A stretch of 64,000 nt of DNA from Candidatus Poribacteria bacterium (GCA_965232115.1 OZ246958.1:960076-1024075), one strand, 5' to 3'; shown: positions 19,628-29,958, counted from the stretch's first letter. Numbers and translations are program-made. The notes: generated by a model not told the origin, from the letters alone.

Positions 19628-20707
19628 CTAAAGTGTAATGCCTAATCCCGGTCGGTCCGGGACTTCAAGGAATCCGTCGACGATCTTCTCTGGTGGTGAG
19701 ACAAGAGAAGCGCGCCATGCTACCTCTCCCCAAGCGTATTCGAGGATAGCGAAATTCGGGACGCTTGCCATGCATTGCACACTCGCAGCCGTTGCAACGG
19801 GACCACTCGGATTGTGAGGCGTTACCATGACGTTGCGCGCAGCAGCGAGTATGGCGATTTTTTTCAACCCCGAAATTCCGCCGACGTGTTTGACATCCGG
19901 TAGGATATAATCTACTTCTGCGTGTCTGAGCAATCTATCGAAAGCTTCAGGGGTTCGTAAGCGTTCACCGGTTGCAATCGGAATGCTGATAGAACGGCTG
20001 ATATGCGCGAAAGCATCAAGATTGTCCAACGGGACTGCGTCTTCAATCCAGAAGAGGTGCAAGTCCTCCAGTTCTTTTGCGACCTGTATGAGGATACCCG
20101 GGTTAAAGCGGCTGTGGCAGTCTACCATCAAGTCGATGTCACTACCGATTGCGGCGCGGATTGTGCGAATCCGATCGATACCCGTATAGATGGCAGGAGT
20201 GAGACTCCCGCTCGATATATTTGCCGTTGAAACGTCGTCAAAGGGTGCGCATTTTATAGCGGTGAATCCTTCGGCAACGGCGCGCTCGGCGTTGCTGGCG
20301 AACCCGGACGGACTCCGATCAACTGTCGCACGGTTAATATTTGCGTAGAGACGGATTCTTTCTCGACACTTGCCGCCTAACAGTTGATAACTCGGGACGT
20401 TCAACGCCTTGCCTGCCAGATCGCACATTGCTTGCTCAATCCCACTAAGTGCGGTGTGATAGGTGTGGCTTTCGGTATCACGATAGAAACGCTGACGGAA
20501 TGCCTCCAATTGGAAGGGATTCCACCCAATCAGTGCGGGTTTGAGGGTGTCAATGACGTGTTGAACACGACTGTCATCTCTACCGTGGGAAGCCTCACCG
20601 ACACCGACTGTGCCATCGTCGGCGTGGAGCTTGACGAAGAGCCAATTGCCGCGATGATTTACCTCAACGACTTCGGTTTCTATGGTTTTGATTTTGAGTG
20701 TAGGCAT
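19628..20707 (-). CDS. Enolase-superfamily dehydratase/racemase (MR/MLE family)
   Basis: 359 aa with an N-terminal capping domain and barrel residues (KCAPFD, ...DCHSRF..., IEDA). Confidence 0.75.
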   Translation of the reverse strand: MPTLKIKTIETEVVEVNHRGNWLFVKLHADDGTVGVGEASHGRDDSRVQHVIDTLKPALIGWNPFQLEAFRQRFYRDTESHTYHTALSGIEQAMCDLAGKALNVPSYQLLGGKCRERIRLYANINRATVDRSPSGFASNAERAVAEGFTAIKCAPFDDVSTANISSGSLTPAIYTGIDRIRTIRAAIGSDIDLMVDCHSRFNPGILIQVAKELEDLHLFWIEDAVPLDNLDAFAHISRSISIPIATGERLRTPEAFDRLLRHAEVDYILPDVKHVGGISGLKKIAILAAARNVMVTPHNPSGPVATAASVQCMASVPNFAILEYAWGEVAWRASLVSPPEKIVDGFLEVPDRPGLGITL

Positions 20708-20765
20708 TATATTTATATTTTAAGCAGTGGTGCGGCGAGGCAGTTGTGCCTCGCCGTGCGGTATT

Positions 20766-21413
20766 CTATGATGCCGCTGCCCATTTTACCCCTTGGGTAA
20801 GAAATTTCTGCATACCTTCGCGCTCAAATGTTCCGGGTCCGTGTCCCAAGGTGGTGTAAAAGACGCGTCCAGAACCGTAAGGCTTTACCCACGCCATGGG
20901 GTGTGCTTTACCGAACCATTCGGCGGATGCCAAGACATGGATGTGCGGATCGTGTGCGGAGATATAGATTTCATCTTCTACATCGAAATCTTCAACGCCT
21001 TGTGTCGTTGGGTGCGCGTTATCCTCGATATGGACAGTAAAGGTTGAGCCGGGTGGATGCCAATTGGACGCACCCCCGATGAGGTCCATTGCCTGACCGC
21101 CGATCCACCATGCGGTGCCGTGGATTCCGACCAACCCTTTGCCTTCACTGACGAATTGGAACAAGCCTTCTTCTTCAGCGGGGGCTAAATCGGAAACACG
21201 CTCGACAGATCCGTCTTCTCGGCGTTCCGTACGCGTGAAGCCTGTACCAAAGACGCAGGCATCGTAGGTGTTCAAGTCAGGTGATGCTAAGATCCCTTTG
21301 TCCTCGGTGAGCGTTGTTGCAATATCGGCATCTTTAGAAAGAAAATCGTGAATGACCTCGGCACTTGCATTAAAGCGGTGATTTTCGCCTGATAGCACGA
21401 GAATTTTCGACAT
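20766..21413 (-). CDS. ThuA-like (type-1 glutamine amidotransferase-like) protein
   Basis: The start is at MSKILVLSG with an AAGGAGG Shine-Dalgarno sequence. HPMAWVKPYGSGRVFYTTLGHG is typical of ThuA. Confidence 0.7.
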   Translation of the reverse strand: MSKILVLSGENHRFNASAEVIHDFLSKDADIATTLTEDKGILASPDLNTYDACVFGTGFTRTERREDGSVERVSDLAPAEEEGLFQFVSEGKGLVGIHGTAWWIGGQAMDLIGGASNWHPPGSTFTVHIEDNAHPTTQGVEDFDVEDEIYISAHDPHIHVLASAEWFGKAHPMAWVKPYGSGRVFYTTLGHGPGTFEREGMQKFLTQGVKWAAAS

Positions 21414-21654
21414 AAGAGCCTCCTTTAGAAACGGCACTGAATCCGCCGCTTACGGTGAAAAAATTTAACCTTAAAACGCCACTTTGCGCACATAGTGTAA
21501 CGCAAAATTGAAATTGTGTCAAACCAATTCTGTCGACCGTCGCGAGCATGAAGAAATCCGCAGAAATACCCTATCAAAGATCCCAAGCAATACGCAGAAA
21601 CATCCAAGCAAAAATATTCGCTTCTACAGAAGGCGGATGTTTAAAAAAGATTTT

Positions 21655-21683
21655 TTGACAATAATATGGCATCGTGGTAAAAT
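21655..21683 (+). promoter_or_regulatory. Sigma70-like promoter (TTGACA-17 nt-TAAAAT) upstream of the helicase-nuclease gene
   Basis: Near-consensus -35 and -10 hexamers are seen in an AT-rich 270-bp intergenic region. An AAGGA-type ribosome-binding site sits before the ATG at 21708. Confidence 0.35.
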
Positions 21684-21707
21684 CAAGGAAAAAAGGGATA
21701 ATTCTAA

Positions 21708-24700
21708 ATGCCCCGCATTTTCGATAATATTGACCAACCGTTACTGCCTGCCCTCCAACAAACTCTTGAAACTGCTACACATGCCGACTTTTGCGTCGGT
21801 TATTTCAACCTCCGGGGATGGAGAGGGCTCGGCTCTTACATCCAAAATTGGAGGGGTGGCGATGGTGAATGTTGTCGTCTACTCGTCGGCATGCAGCGAC
21901 TGCCTGAAGATGAACTTCGCGAAGCCAAACGACTTGCTCAGCAGCGCGGTGGAATTGATAACCAAACCGCACTTCGCCTCAAACGTAGATTGGCAGCGGA
22001 GTTCCGCGAACAACTGCCCGTGGGGGTGCCGACACGGACGGACGAAATCGGTTTGCGCCAATTGGCACAGCAGCTTCGCGACGAGAAGGTCAAGGTAAAA
22101 CTCTTCCTTCGATACCCGCTTCACGCAAAACTCTATCTCATCTATCGCGCTGACACGATTACGCCAACAGTCGGTTATCTCGGCAGTAGCAACCTGACCC
22201 TGTCTGGGCTTTCACTACAGGGAGAACTTAACATTGACGTTGTTGATGCCGATGCTTGTGAGAAGTTAGCGGATTGGTTTGAAGACCGATGGGAAGATCG
22301 ATGGTGTATTGATATTTCTAAGGAACTGGTCGAAATTATTGAGGAAAGTTGGGCGCGTGAGGCACGCATTCCGCCGTATCATATCTATATCAAAATGGCG
22401 TATCACTTGTCGCAGGAAGCACGCGCCGGGTTAACGGAATTTCAGATTCCTCGTGAATTTCAAGACAAACTCTTTGAATTCCAGACCGCTGCCGTGAAAA
22501 TTGCCGCACATCACCTCAATAGACGCGGTGGTGTACTCATCGGTGATGTTGTCGGTCTCGGTAAGACCCTGATGGGAACTGCACTGGCACGTATACAAGA
22601 AGATGATTATGATCTCGACACACTAATTATATGTCCGAGGAATCTTGTTGATATGTGGGAAAACTATCGGGAGGCATATCGTTTGCGCGGACGGGTTCTC
22701 TCGATTAGCCGAGTCATCAACGATCTCCCGGAACTTCGACGGTATCGACTCGTTATGATTGACGAAAGCCATAACCTCAGGAACCGTGAGGGTAAACGCT
22801 ATCGCGCCATTCAGGAGTATATCCAGCAAAATGAGAGCAAGGTTATCCTCCTTTCGGCAACGCCCTATAATAAAACCTATCTTGATCTCTCTAACCAACT
22901 CCGTCTCTTTGTGGACGAAACTGAGGACCTCGGCATTCGACCGGAACAATACATCAAGGCGTTAGGCGGCGAACTCCAGTTTAGACGGAAGCATCAAAGC
23001 GGTGTCCGAACGCTTTCGGCGTTTGAACAGAGCGAGTATATTGACGATTGGCGGGAATTGATGCGTCGGTATCTCGTGCGCCGTACCCGCAGTTTTATCA
23101 GGGAAAACTATGCCGCAACAGACCCTAAAACAGATAGGAAATTCCTCTCCTTTCCTGATGGCAGGCACTCCTATTTCCCTACACGTCGACCGAAAACCGT
23201 CCAGTTCACGATCGATGACCAAAACCCTGAAGATACCTACGCCCAGCTGTATTCGTCTGCTGTTGTGAACATAATTAGCAATCTCAAGTTAGCGCGATAT
23301 GGACTCGCCAATTACGAGATCAGTGAACATTCATCGGAATCTCTTTCTCAAAATGAGAGGACAATACTGGAAAACCTTTCTCGTGGTGGACAACGGTTAA
23401 TGGGATTTTGCCGAACCAACCTTTTCAAACGCCTGGAAAGTAGTGGGCAAGCGTTCATTCAATCTGTTGATCGGCACATTCTTCGCAATTATATCTTCCT
23501 TCACGCCATTGAGAATGACGAACCGCTACCTATCGGTGGGCAAGATGCCGAAATGCTTGATACCCGGTTTGAAGATAGAGATACCGATGATGCCAATCTT
23601 ATCGTGGATGCTTTTGGTGATGAGGATGATACAGAGATTAATGGGATCGATTCGCCATATAGTGGATATACAGCCGATGCATACAAACAGCGCGCTGCCG
23701 AGATTTATGGGCTTTACGAGACGCGGTATCAAAGCCGATTTAAATGGATCCGTTCAAATCTCTTCCATTCAATGCTTCGCGAAGATCTCACGGATGACGC
23801 GATCGCACTCACTGAAATCTTGAAACAATACGGGACATGGGACCCCGAAAAAGACGTAAAACTTAACGCGCTGCAAAACCTTTTAACCCAGACACACCGT
23901 AAGGAGAAGGTCCTCGTTTTCACCCAGTTCGCGGATACGGTGCAGTATCTGACAGATGCGCTCTCAGAACGCGGCCTCACGCAAATTGCCGCTGCAACCG
24001 GCAGCTCAGCAGATCCGACGGGATTGGCGTGGCGATTCAGTCCTGTGAGCAACGATAAACGGCGTAGAATTAAGCCCCAAGACGAGTTGCGGATACTCAT
24101 CAGCACAGATGTTCTGAGTGAGGGGCAGAATCTGCAAGACTGTTCAATCGTCGTCAACTACGACCTACCGTGGGCTATCATACGCCTTGTGCAGCGCGCG
24201 GGTAGGGTTGACCGGATTGGGCAAACCGCTGAAGAAATTTTATGCTATTCGTTTCTACCCGCCGAAGGTGTAGAACGCATTATTGATTTACGTGGACGCG
24301 TCCGCGCACGCCTCCAGCAGAACAGAGAGGTCATTGGCACGGACGAAGCCTTCTTTGAAGATGACGGTGATGAGGGCAATGAGACAATCGTTAATCTCTA
24401 TAATGAACAGGCAGGTTTGCTTGATGATGAGCAAGATAACGATGTCGATCTCGCCTCTCATGTGTATCAGATTTGGAAAAATGCGATTACGCAGGATCCA
24501 CACTTAGAGAAAGTTATTTCAGAACTTCCTTCTGTCGTTTATTCGACCCGACCGCACGTCCCTAACGATAATGCCCCGGAAGGTGCTCTCGTCTATATCC
24601 GTACAGGGCAAGAAAATGACGCACTTGCATGGATAGACCGGGATGGGCAGAGCGTCACGGAATCCCAATTTGCGATTCTTCAAGCCGCGGCTTGCCAACC

Positions 24701-25112
24701 GGATACTGAAGGACTCCTCCCCCTTGAAGGGCATCACCGTCTCGTAGAAGAAGCCGCGAGGCTAATCGTCTCTGAGGAGCGGTCGGTTGGCGGGCAACTT
24801 GGACGACCATCGGGGGCGCGTTTCCGGACTTATGAACGTTTGAAAGATTACGCCTCTGAAGTGGAAGGCTCGTTGTTTGTGGATATGCAGAAACTTGAAA
24901 GAGTCATTCAAGCGATCTACCGGCACCCACTCCGTCAAACAGCAACCGACTCCCTCAATCGCCAACTCCGCAGTGGTGTCTCCAATGAAGACCTCGCAGC
25001 ACGCGTTATAGAGTTATGGGAGGACGAGCGACTCTGTATTATTGAGGAAGAACGCCAAACACGAGAACCACAGATCGTTTGCTCGCTGGGACTTCGCGCA
25101 GATGATGCCTAA
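21708..25112 (+). CDS. HKD (PLD-like/NgoFVII-like) nuclease domain fused to SNF2-family helicase, 1134 aa
   Basis: It has a single N-terminal HKD motif (PLHAKLYLIY...GSSNLT). SNF2 motifs are present: VVGLGKTLMG, LVMIDESHNLRN, LLSATPYNKT. The helicase C-terminal domain carries ILISTDVLSEGQNLQD and QRAGRVDRIGQ. Confidence 0.85.
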   Translation: MPRIFDNIDQPLLPALQQTLETATHADFCVGYFNLRGWRGLGSYIQNWRGGDGECCRLLVGMQRLPEDELREAKRLAQQRGGIDNQTALRLKRRLAAEFREQLPVGVPTRTDEIGLRQLAQQLRDEKVKVKLFLRYPLHAKLYLIYRADTITPTVGYLGSSNLTLSGLSLQGELNIDVVDADACEKLADWFEDRWEDRWCIDISKELVEIIEESWAREARIPPYHIYIKMAYHLSQEARAGLTEFQIPREFQDKLFEFQTAAVKIAAHHLNRRGGVLIGDVVGLGKTLMGTALARIQEDDYDLDTLIICPRNLVDMWENYREAYRLRGRVLSISRVINDLPELRRYRLVMIDESHNLRNREGKRYRAIQEYIQQNESKVILLSATPYNKTYLDLSNQLRLFVDETEDLGIRPEQYIKALGGELQFRRKHQSGVRTLSAFEQSEYIDDWRELMRRYLVRRTRSFIRENYAATDPKTDRKFLSFPDGRHSYFPTRRPKTVQFTIDDQNPEDTYAQLYSSAVVNIISNLKLARYGLANYEISEHSSESLSQNERTILENLSRGGQRLMGFCRTNLFKRLESSGQAFIQSVDRHILRNYIFLHAIENDEPLPIGGQDAEMLDTRFEDRDTDDANLIVDAFGDEDDTEINGIDSPYSGYTADAYKQRAAEIYGLYETRYQSRFKWIRSNLFHSMLREDLTDDAIALTEILKQYGTWDPEKDVKLNALQNLLTQTHRKEKVLVFTQFADTVQYLTDALSERGLTQIAAATGSSADPTGLAWRFSPVSNDKRRRIKPQDELRILISTDVLSEGQNLQDCSIVVNYDLPWAIIRLVQRAGRVDRIGQTAEEILCYSFLPAEGVERIIDLRGRVRARLQQNREVIGTDEAFFEDDGDEGNETIVNLYNEQAGLLDDEQDNDVDLASHVYQIWKNAITQDPHLEKVISELPSVVYSTRPHVPNDNAPEGALVYIRTGQENDALAWIDRDGQSVTESQFAILQAAACQPDTEGLLPLEGHHRLVEEAARLIVSEERSVGGQLGRPSGARFRTYERLKDYASEVEGSLFVDMQKLERVIQAIYRHPLRQTATDSLNRQLRSGVSNEDLAARVIELWEDERLCIIEEERQTREPQIVCSLGLRADDA

Positions 25113-25222
25113 ACCTGTGTAAGCAGAGGTTTGTAACTTCACCTTCCAAAAAATGTTGAACGCCAATAGGATATCGTATATAATTTGCATAAATCTAATA
25201 TCTTCTCATACGGAGGTTTCCT

Positions 25223-25444
25223 ATGAACTTAACTTCACAAAGCATATTGGAGTCATTCAATCAACTCCCTGAAGTAGAAAAACATGAACTCGCCTCTGAA
25301 ATCATAAGGAGCGTAGTTATGCTAAATTTTCCACCTTTAACAGATGAAGCACTCGCCGAAGTTGCTGATGCTCTTTTCATTGAACACGAAGAGATGGAGG
25401 CAAATGATGCCCAAGCCGAAACGAGGGGAAGTTTGGCTGGTTGA
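25223..25444 (+). CDS. Putative antitoxin (MazE/PemI-like partner), 73 aa
   Basis: It is a small acidic ORF with GGAGG 7 nt upstream of ATG. Its 3' end overlaps the MazF-like gene. Confidence 0.4.
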   Translation: MNLTSQSILESFNQLPEVEKHELASEIIRSVVMLNFPPLTDEALAEVADALFIEHEEMEANDAQAETRGSLAG

Positions 25445-25724
25445 CCTCGGTATGGTTGCAAAAGTTAGACCTTGCCTTGTTATAAGCACTCCTGCTCTTG
25501 TGCAAGACCGCGCCCTTGTTACCGTGGTGACCCATACAACCGCTTCGCGTCGCTCAAGGTTTGAGGTCTTTGTAGAAACAAGATTTCTAAATGCCACTGG
25601 TGTTTTTGACGCACAGAGTTTAATTACTGTCTCAGAAGCGAAATGTTTGAAAAAATTGGGAGATCTTCTGCCCTCCCAATTATCTGCAGTTGAAGATGCA
25701 GTGCGTCAATGGCTAAACCTTTAA
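25404..25724 (+). CDS. MazF/PemK-family endoribonuclease toxin
   Basis: From the internal Met it reads MMPKPKRGEVWLVDLGMVAKVRPCLVIS...VTVVTHTTASRRSRFEVFVE, matching MazF/PemK motifs. Confidence 0.65.
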   Translation: MMPKPKRGEVWLVDLGMVAKVRPCLVISTPALVQDRALVTVVTHTTASRRSRFEVFVETRFLNATGVFDAQSLITVSEAKCLKKLGDLLPSQLSAVEDAVRQWLNL

Positions 25725-25747
25725 CGTTAAGTTAACAGAAAACCCTA

Positions 25748-28700
25748 ATGCTGAACCTCCAAGAAACACGCCAATACCTCAGAGAATCCGACTTTGAAAA
25801 CCTCTTTACACAACAACTCGGTTGGGAGTATCACACCCAAACCCTCAACATCGCAGTAGACGAAACCGAATATCAACTCACCGCAATCGCTGAAAAACGC
25901 GGGGTGATTGTCTTTGAGTGTCCAGCAATTGAAACCGACGGACGCATCCCCGATTACGCCACCCGCCGCAAGATCCAAAAACAGGTCGCCAAATCCGCCC
26001 ACGAACACTTTATCATCTACACCGACGCTGACAAAACCATACAGATATGGCAGTGGGTCAAACGGGAACAAGGCAAACCCGACGCCTGTCGTGAACACCG
26101 CTATAACAGCAACGAACACTCCGGCGAATCCCTCATTCAAAAATTGCGCGATATTGTTTTTACGCTTGACGAAGAAGAGGAACTTGGGCTCTTCGGCGTA
26201 ATAGGAAGAGTTCAGACTGCTTTCGACGTTGAAAAGGTCACCAAAAAATTCTATGACCATTTTAAAAGAGAACATACCGCGTTCCTCAAATTCCTCAAAG
26301 GGGTGCCCGATGATGATATGCAAAAGTGGTATGTCTCTGTAATGCTCAATCGTCTAATGTTCATCTACTTCATTCAGAAGAAAAGTTTCCTTGATAACAA
26401 CGAAAATTATCTGCATGCCAAACTGGTACGGAGCCAAGCGAACGGGACCAACCGATACTACAAAGACTTCCTTTGTCCCCTTTTCTTTGAAGGGTTCGCC
26501 AAGCCAGAAAACGAGCGGAGCAGAGAGATGAAACGTCTGCTCGGCAAAATCCCGTATCTCAACGGCGGTATCTTTCAAAAACATCAACTGGAGACACTTC
26601 ACGGCGAAAACATTGAGATCCCCGACAAGGCATTTGAACAGATTTTCAAATTCTTTGAGCAATACCAGTGGCACCTTGATGACCGTCCGCTACGGAACGA
26701 TAACGAGATTAACCCCGATGTACTTGGTTATATCTTTGAAAAGTACATCAACCAGAAACAGATGGGTGCCTACTACACCAAAGAGGACATCACGGAGTAC
26801 ATCAGCAAAAATACCATCATTCCGTTTCTCTTTGACAAGGCGAGAAAGGCTTGTAAAATCGCATTTGAAGGCGATGCTTCTGTGTGGCAACTCCTGCAAG
26901 ACGACCCTGGCCGCTACATCTACGATGCTGTCAAAAAAGGTGTCAGAGAACAACTCCCACCAGAAATCGCTGCTGGCATCAACGATATTTCCAAACGTAC
27001 CGAGTGGAATGAACTTGCACCCGATAAATACGCCTTACCGACAGAAATTTGGCGCGAGACCGTCGCACGGCAGCAACGTTGTAAAACCCTCCAAGGCAAA
27101 CTCGCAAACGGGGAAATAGACAACATCAACGATCTGATTACCTATAACTTGAACATCCGCCAATTCGCGCAGGATGTCATTGAAAATTGTGAGGGACCTG
27201 AGTTACTCCGCGCCTTCTGGAAATCCATCACTGAGGTGACAATTCTTGATCCTACCTGTGGTTCCGGTGCGTTTCTCTTTGCTGCCTTGAATATCCTTGA
27301 ACCGCTTTATGAGGCGTGTCTTGATCGGATGCAAGTTTTTCTTGACGAGGTACGCGCGGTTTCCGAATCGCGATCCTCCCGTAGATACAGGGACTTCCGC
27401 GAACTCCTTGACCGCATTGAGGAGCATCCGAATCGCAAGTATTTTATCCTCAAATCCATTATCATTAATAACCTCTACGGTGTAGACATCATGGACGAAG
27501 CAGTTGAGATTTGCAAGCTCCGTCTCTTCCTCAAAATGATCGCACAGATTGAGGATGTCCGACGGATTGAACCGCTGCCAGACATCGACTTCAACGTTCA
27601 GGCAGGCAATACCCTTGTCGGCTATGCGACTTATGATGCGGTGGAAAGACCGGAGAAAGGTAGGTTTGATTTTGAGAATGCAATGGTGCGTATTAAAGAA
27701 AAGGCTGAGGACGTGAAAATTCTATTTCAAGAATTTCGCAGACAACAGACAACATTAGGCGGTGCCGTGACACCAGCCGATAAACAGAACTTGCAGAGTA
27801 GACTCCAAGAATTAGAAGATGAACTCAACTTATATCTTGCCGACGAGTATGGCGTTGATCCGAACAAACAATCTGATTACGAAAAGTGGTTGAATTCACA
27901 CAAACCTTTTCACTGGTTTATTGCGTTTTATGGTATTCTCGAAGACGGTGGATTTGATGTGATTATTGGTAACCCGCCGTATAAGGAGTATAGGGAGGTC
28001 AAGAAGCAATACACAGTAAAAGGATACAAGACCGAAGATTGTGGGAATTTGTATCCGATGTCTATTGAAAGGTCTTTCGACTTGAGCAAGGGATCGGTAG
28101 GAATGATTGTTCAACTGCCTTTAGTATGCACCGATCGTATGATTTCAGCACAATCGCTTTTTAAGACTCAAAATAGGAAAAGTTGGTTTGCCAATTTCGA
28201 TGACAGACCCGGAAAACTCTTTGACGATCTTCAGCATATACGAGCTACTATTTTTCTTTCTAAGAAAGAAGTGAATCTGAATACAGCAACAGTGTATTCC
28301 ACGCAATATAAAAGATGGTTCACAGAAACCCGTTCAACTCTGTTTCAAGGAATATTTTATGCAAATATAACGAATATCTGCCTTAAAGGTATATTTCCTA
28401 AGATAGCGGGTTGCGTTGGGAAAAGTATTGTCAACAAACTCAAGAATACAAAGAAAGCCTTTTTGAGTTTTAAGACTGGAAAATTCGCCTGCCGTTTTCA
28501 CAATTCGCCTCAATACTGGATTCGCGCCACCGATTTTGTTCCCTACTTCTGGAATGAACGGGACGGAAAAAAACAGTCCCAGCAAATAAAGGATCTACGT
28601 TTCAGCAAAAAGGAAAACGCCTTTGCGTTTTGCTGCTTACTCAACAGTTCTTTGTTTTATTGGTGGTTTATCATTTCCTCCGATTGCCGACATCTTAATA

Positions 28701-28996
28701 TGAGAGAAATTGTCAATTTTTCTTTTACTCCCGAGAATTTAAATCAGATGCAGTTGATTCAATTGTCCAAAATAACGGAAGAACTAATGGAGGACTATCG
28801 TAAGCACGCAAATCGCAAAGAAACAAACTACAAAACCACTGGTAAAGTAATCTATGATGAGTTTTTTCCCCGTCACTCCAAATCCATCATAGACAAAATT
28901 GACCGTGTGCTTGCCGAACACTACGGCTTCACAGACGAGGAATTGGATTTCATCATCAACTATGATATTAAGTATCGTATGGGGTTAGGAAATTGA
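25748..28996 (+). CDS. Gamma-class N6-adenine DNA methyltransferase with large N- and C-terminal extensions (MmeI/PglX/Eco57I-like), 1082 aa
   Basis: It has motif X-like GAYYTKEDIT, motif I ILDPTCGSGAFLFAAL and motif IV VIIGNPPYKEY. The upstream helix RLMFIYFIQKKSFL resembles the MmeI/PglX family. A long C-terminal target-recognition region follows. Confidence 0.85.
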   Translation: MLNLQETRQYLRESDFENLFTQQLGWEYHTQTLNIAVDETEYQLTAIAEKRGVIVFECPAIETDGRIPDYATRRKIQKQVAKSAHEHFIIYTDADKTIQIWQWVKREQGKPDACREHRYNSNEHSGESLIQKLRDIVFTLDEEEELGLFGVIGRVQTAFDVEKVTKKFYDHFKREHTAFLKFLKGVPDDDMQKWYVSVMLNRLMFIYFIQKKSFLDNNENYLHAKLVRSQANGTNRYYKDFLCPLFFEGFAKPENERSREMKRLLGKIPYLNGGIFQKHQLETLHGENIEIPDKAFEQIFKFFEQYQWHLDDRPLRNDNEINPDVLGYIFEKYINQKQMGAYYTKEDITEYISKNTIIPFLFDKARKACKIAFEGDASVWQLLQDDPGRYIYDAVKKGVREQLPPEIAAGINDISKRTEWNELAPDKYALPTEIWRETVARQQRCKTLQGKLANGEIDNINDLITYNLNIRQFAQDVIENCEGPELLRAFWKSITEVTILDPTCGSGAFLFAALNILEPLYEACLDRMQVFLDEVRAVSESRSSRRYRDFRELLDRIEEHPNRKYFILKSIIINNLYGVDIMDEAVEICKLRLFLKMIAQIEDVRRIEPLPDIDFNVQAGNTLVGYATYDAVERPEKGRFDFENAMVRIKEKAEDVKILFQEFRRQQTTLGGAVTPADKQNLQSRLQELEDELNLYLADEYGVDPNKQSDYEKWLNSHKPFHWFIAFYGILEDGGFDVIIGNPPYKEYREVKKQYTVKGYKTEDCGNLYPMSIERSFDLSKGSVGMIVQLPLVCTDRMISAQSLFKTQNRKSWFANFDDRPGKLFDDLQHIRATIFLSKKEVNLNTATVYSTQYKRWFTETRSTLFQGIFYANITNICLKGIFPKIAGCVGKSIVNKLKNTKKAFLSFKTGKFACRFHNSPQYWIRATDFVPYFWNERDGKKQSQQIKDLRFSKKENAFAFCCLLNSSLFYWWFIISSDCRHLNMREIVNFSFTPENLNQMQLIQLSKITEELMEDYRKHANRKETNYKTTGKVIYDEFFPRHSKSIIDKIDRVLAEHYGFTDEELDFIINYDIKYRMGLGN

Positions 28997-29115
28997 CGAG
29001 GCCAACCGGTAAGGTCATCTAGCGGGGGTCAACACATTCCATATATTTACGGAACAATCGAGTATGTTTAACCCAATGAAGTGCCAACGCTTATTAGGGC
29101 CAGAATTTAGCAAAG

Positions 29116-29958
29116 TTAAGATAAGTTTTGTCTCTCAAATTCGGCTGGAGTCAGATACCCTAACGCCGAGTGAGGACGTTTCTGATGATACACCTGTCTG
29201 ATAAAATGCCCAATGCGGGTTCTCGCTTCATGGATGTCCTGATAGTCGTTGAGACAAACTTCTGCTTCCTTGAGCGTTCGGATCAACCTTTCGGCGTATC
29301 CGTTCTCCCAAGGACACCCGCTGCGCGCTACCGAAATCTGAATACCGTGTGCTTTGAGTATTGAGAGATACGCCTTTGAAAGATACTGCGCGCCTTGATC
29401 GGAATGATGGATCTCTGGAGACCCGCTTTGGTCTAAGGCTGTCTCCAAGGGTTTCAAAGTCAGTGATTGCGTCAAGTGTGGACCCAGATGCCACGCTCTT
29501 ATCATCCGAGTGAAAACATCCATGAGCAAAGCGAGATAGATGAAGCGTCTGTTGAGACGGACGTAGGTAATATCACCGACCCAGACCTGATCGGCTCGAG
29601 AGACTTCAAGCCCCTGAACTCTATTGACCCAGGGGATTTCACCTTCAAGGGATCTCGTGGTTTGACAGGTCCGTTTCACTGATACACACAGGTGTGCTGC
29701 TTTCATCAACCGAGCAATACGTCGATACCCAACGCGGTATCCCATACGCACCAATAACTTCGTGATACGTCGATACCCATACTTTGGATATCGCAGGGCT
29801 AACGCCTCTATTTCCGCTCGGAGCTCGGCTTCAGAAGGGTCGCTTTTCGGTTGATAATAGAACAGGTTCGGGTTGAAACCCAGCACCTGAGAAATCTCTC
29901 GCACCGAATGTTGCGTCCGCAACTTCTCAACGAGGCATCGCTGTTGAGACGGTGTCAC
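29116..29958 (-). CDS. IS3-family transposase OrfB (DDE integrase core)
   Basis: It contains HSDQGAQYLS...ENGYAERLIRTLKEAEV (DDE / rve domain). Confidence 0.8.
   Translation of the reverse strand: MTPSQQRCLVEKLRTQHSVREISQVLGFNPNLFYYQPKSDPSEAELRAEIEALALRYPKYGYRRITKLLVRMGYRVGYRRIARLMKAAHLCVSVKRTCQTTRSLEGEIPWVNRVQGLEVSRADQVWVGDITYVRLNRRFIYLALLMDVFTRMIRAWHLGPHLTQSLTLKPLETALDQSGSPEIHHSDQGAQYLSKAYLSILKAHGIQISVARSGCPWENGYAERLIRTLKEAEVCLNDYQDIHEARTRIGHFIRQVYHQKRPHSALGYLTPAEFERQNLS

Noticed and set aside
21508-22098. 196-aa ORF overlapping the promoter and 5' part of the helicase-nuclease gene in another frame
   Set aside because: The overlapping 1134-aa frame has clear HKD and SNF2 motifs. The alternative frame is Arg- and Ser-rich low complexity.
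25745-26323. 192-aa minus-strand ORF inside the methyltransferase gene
   Set aside because: It is antisense to a conserved methyltransferase N-terminal region. No motifs are present.
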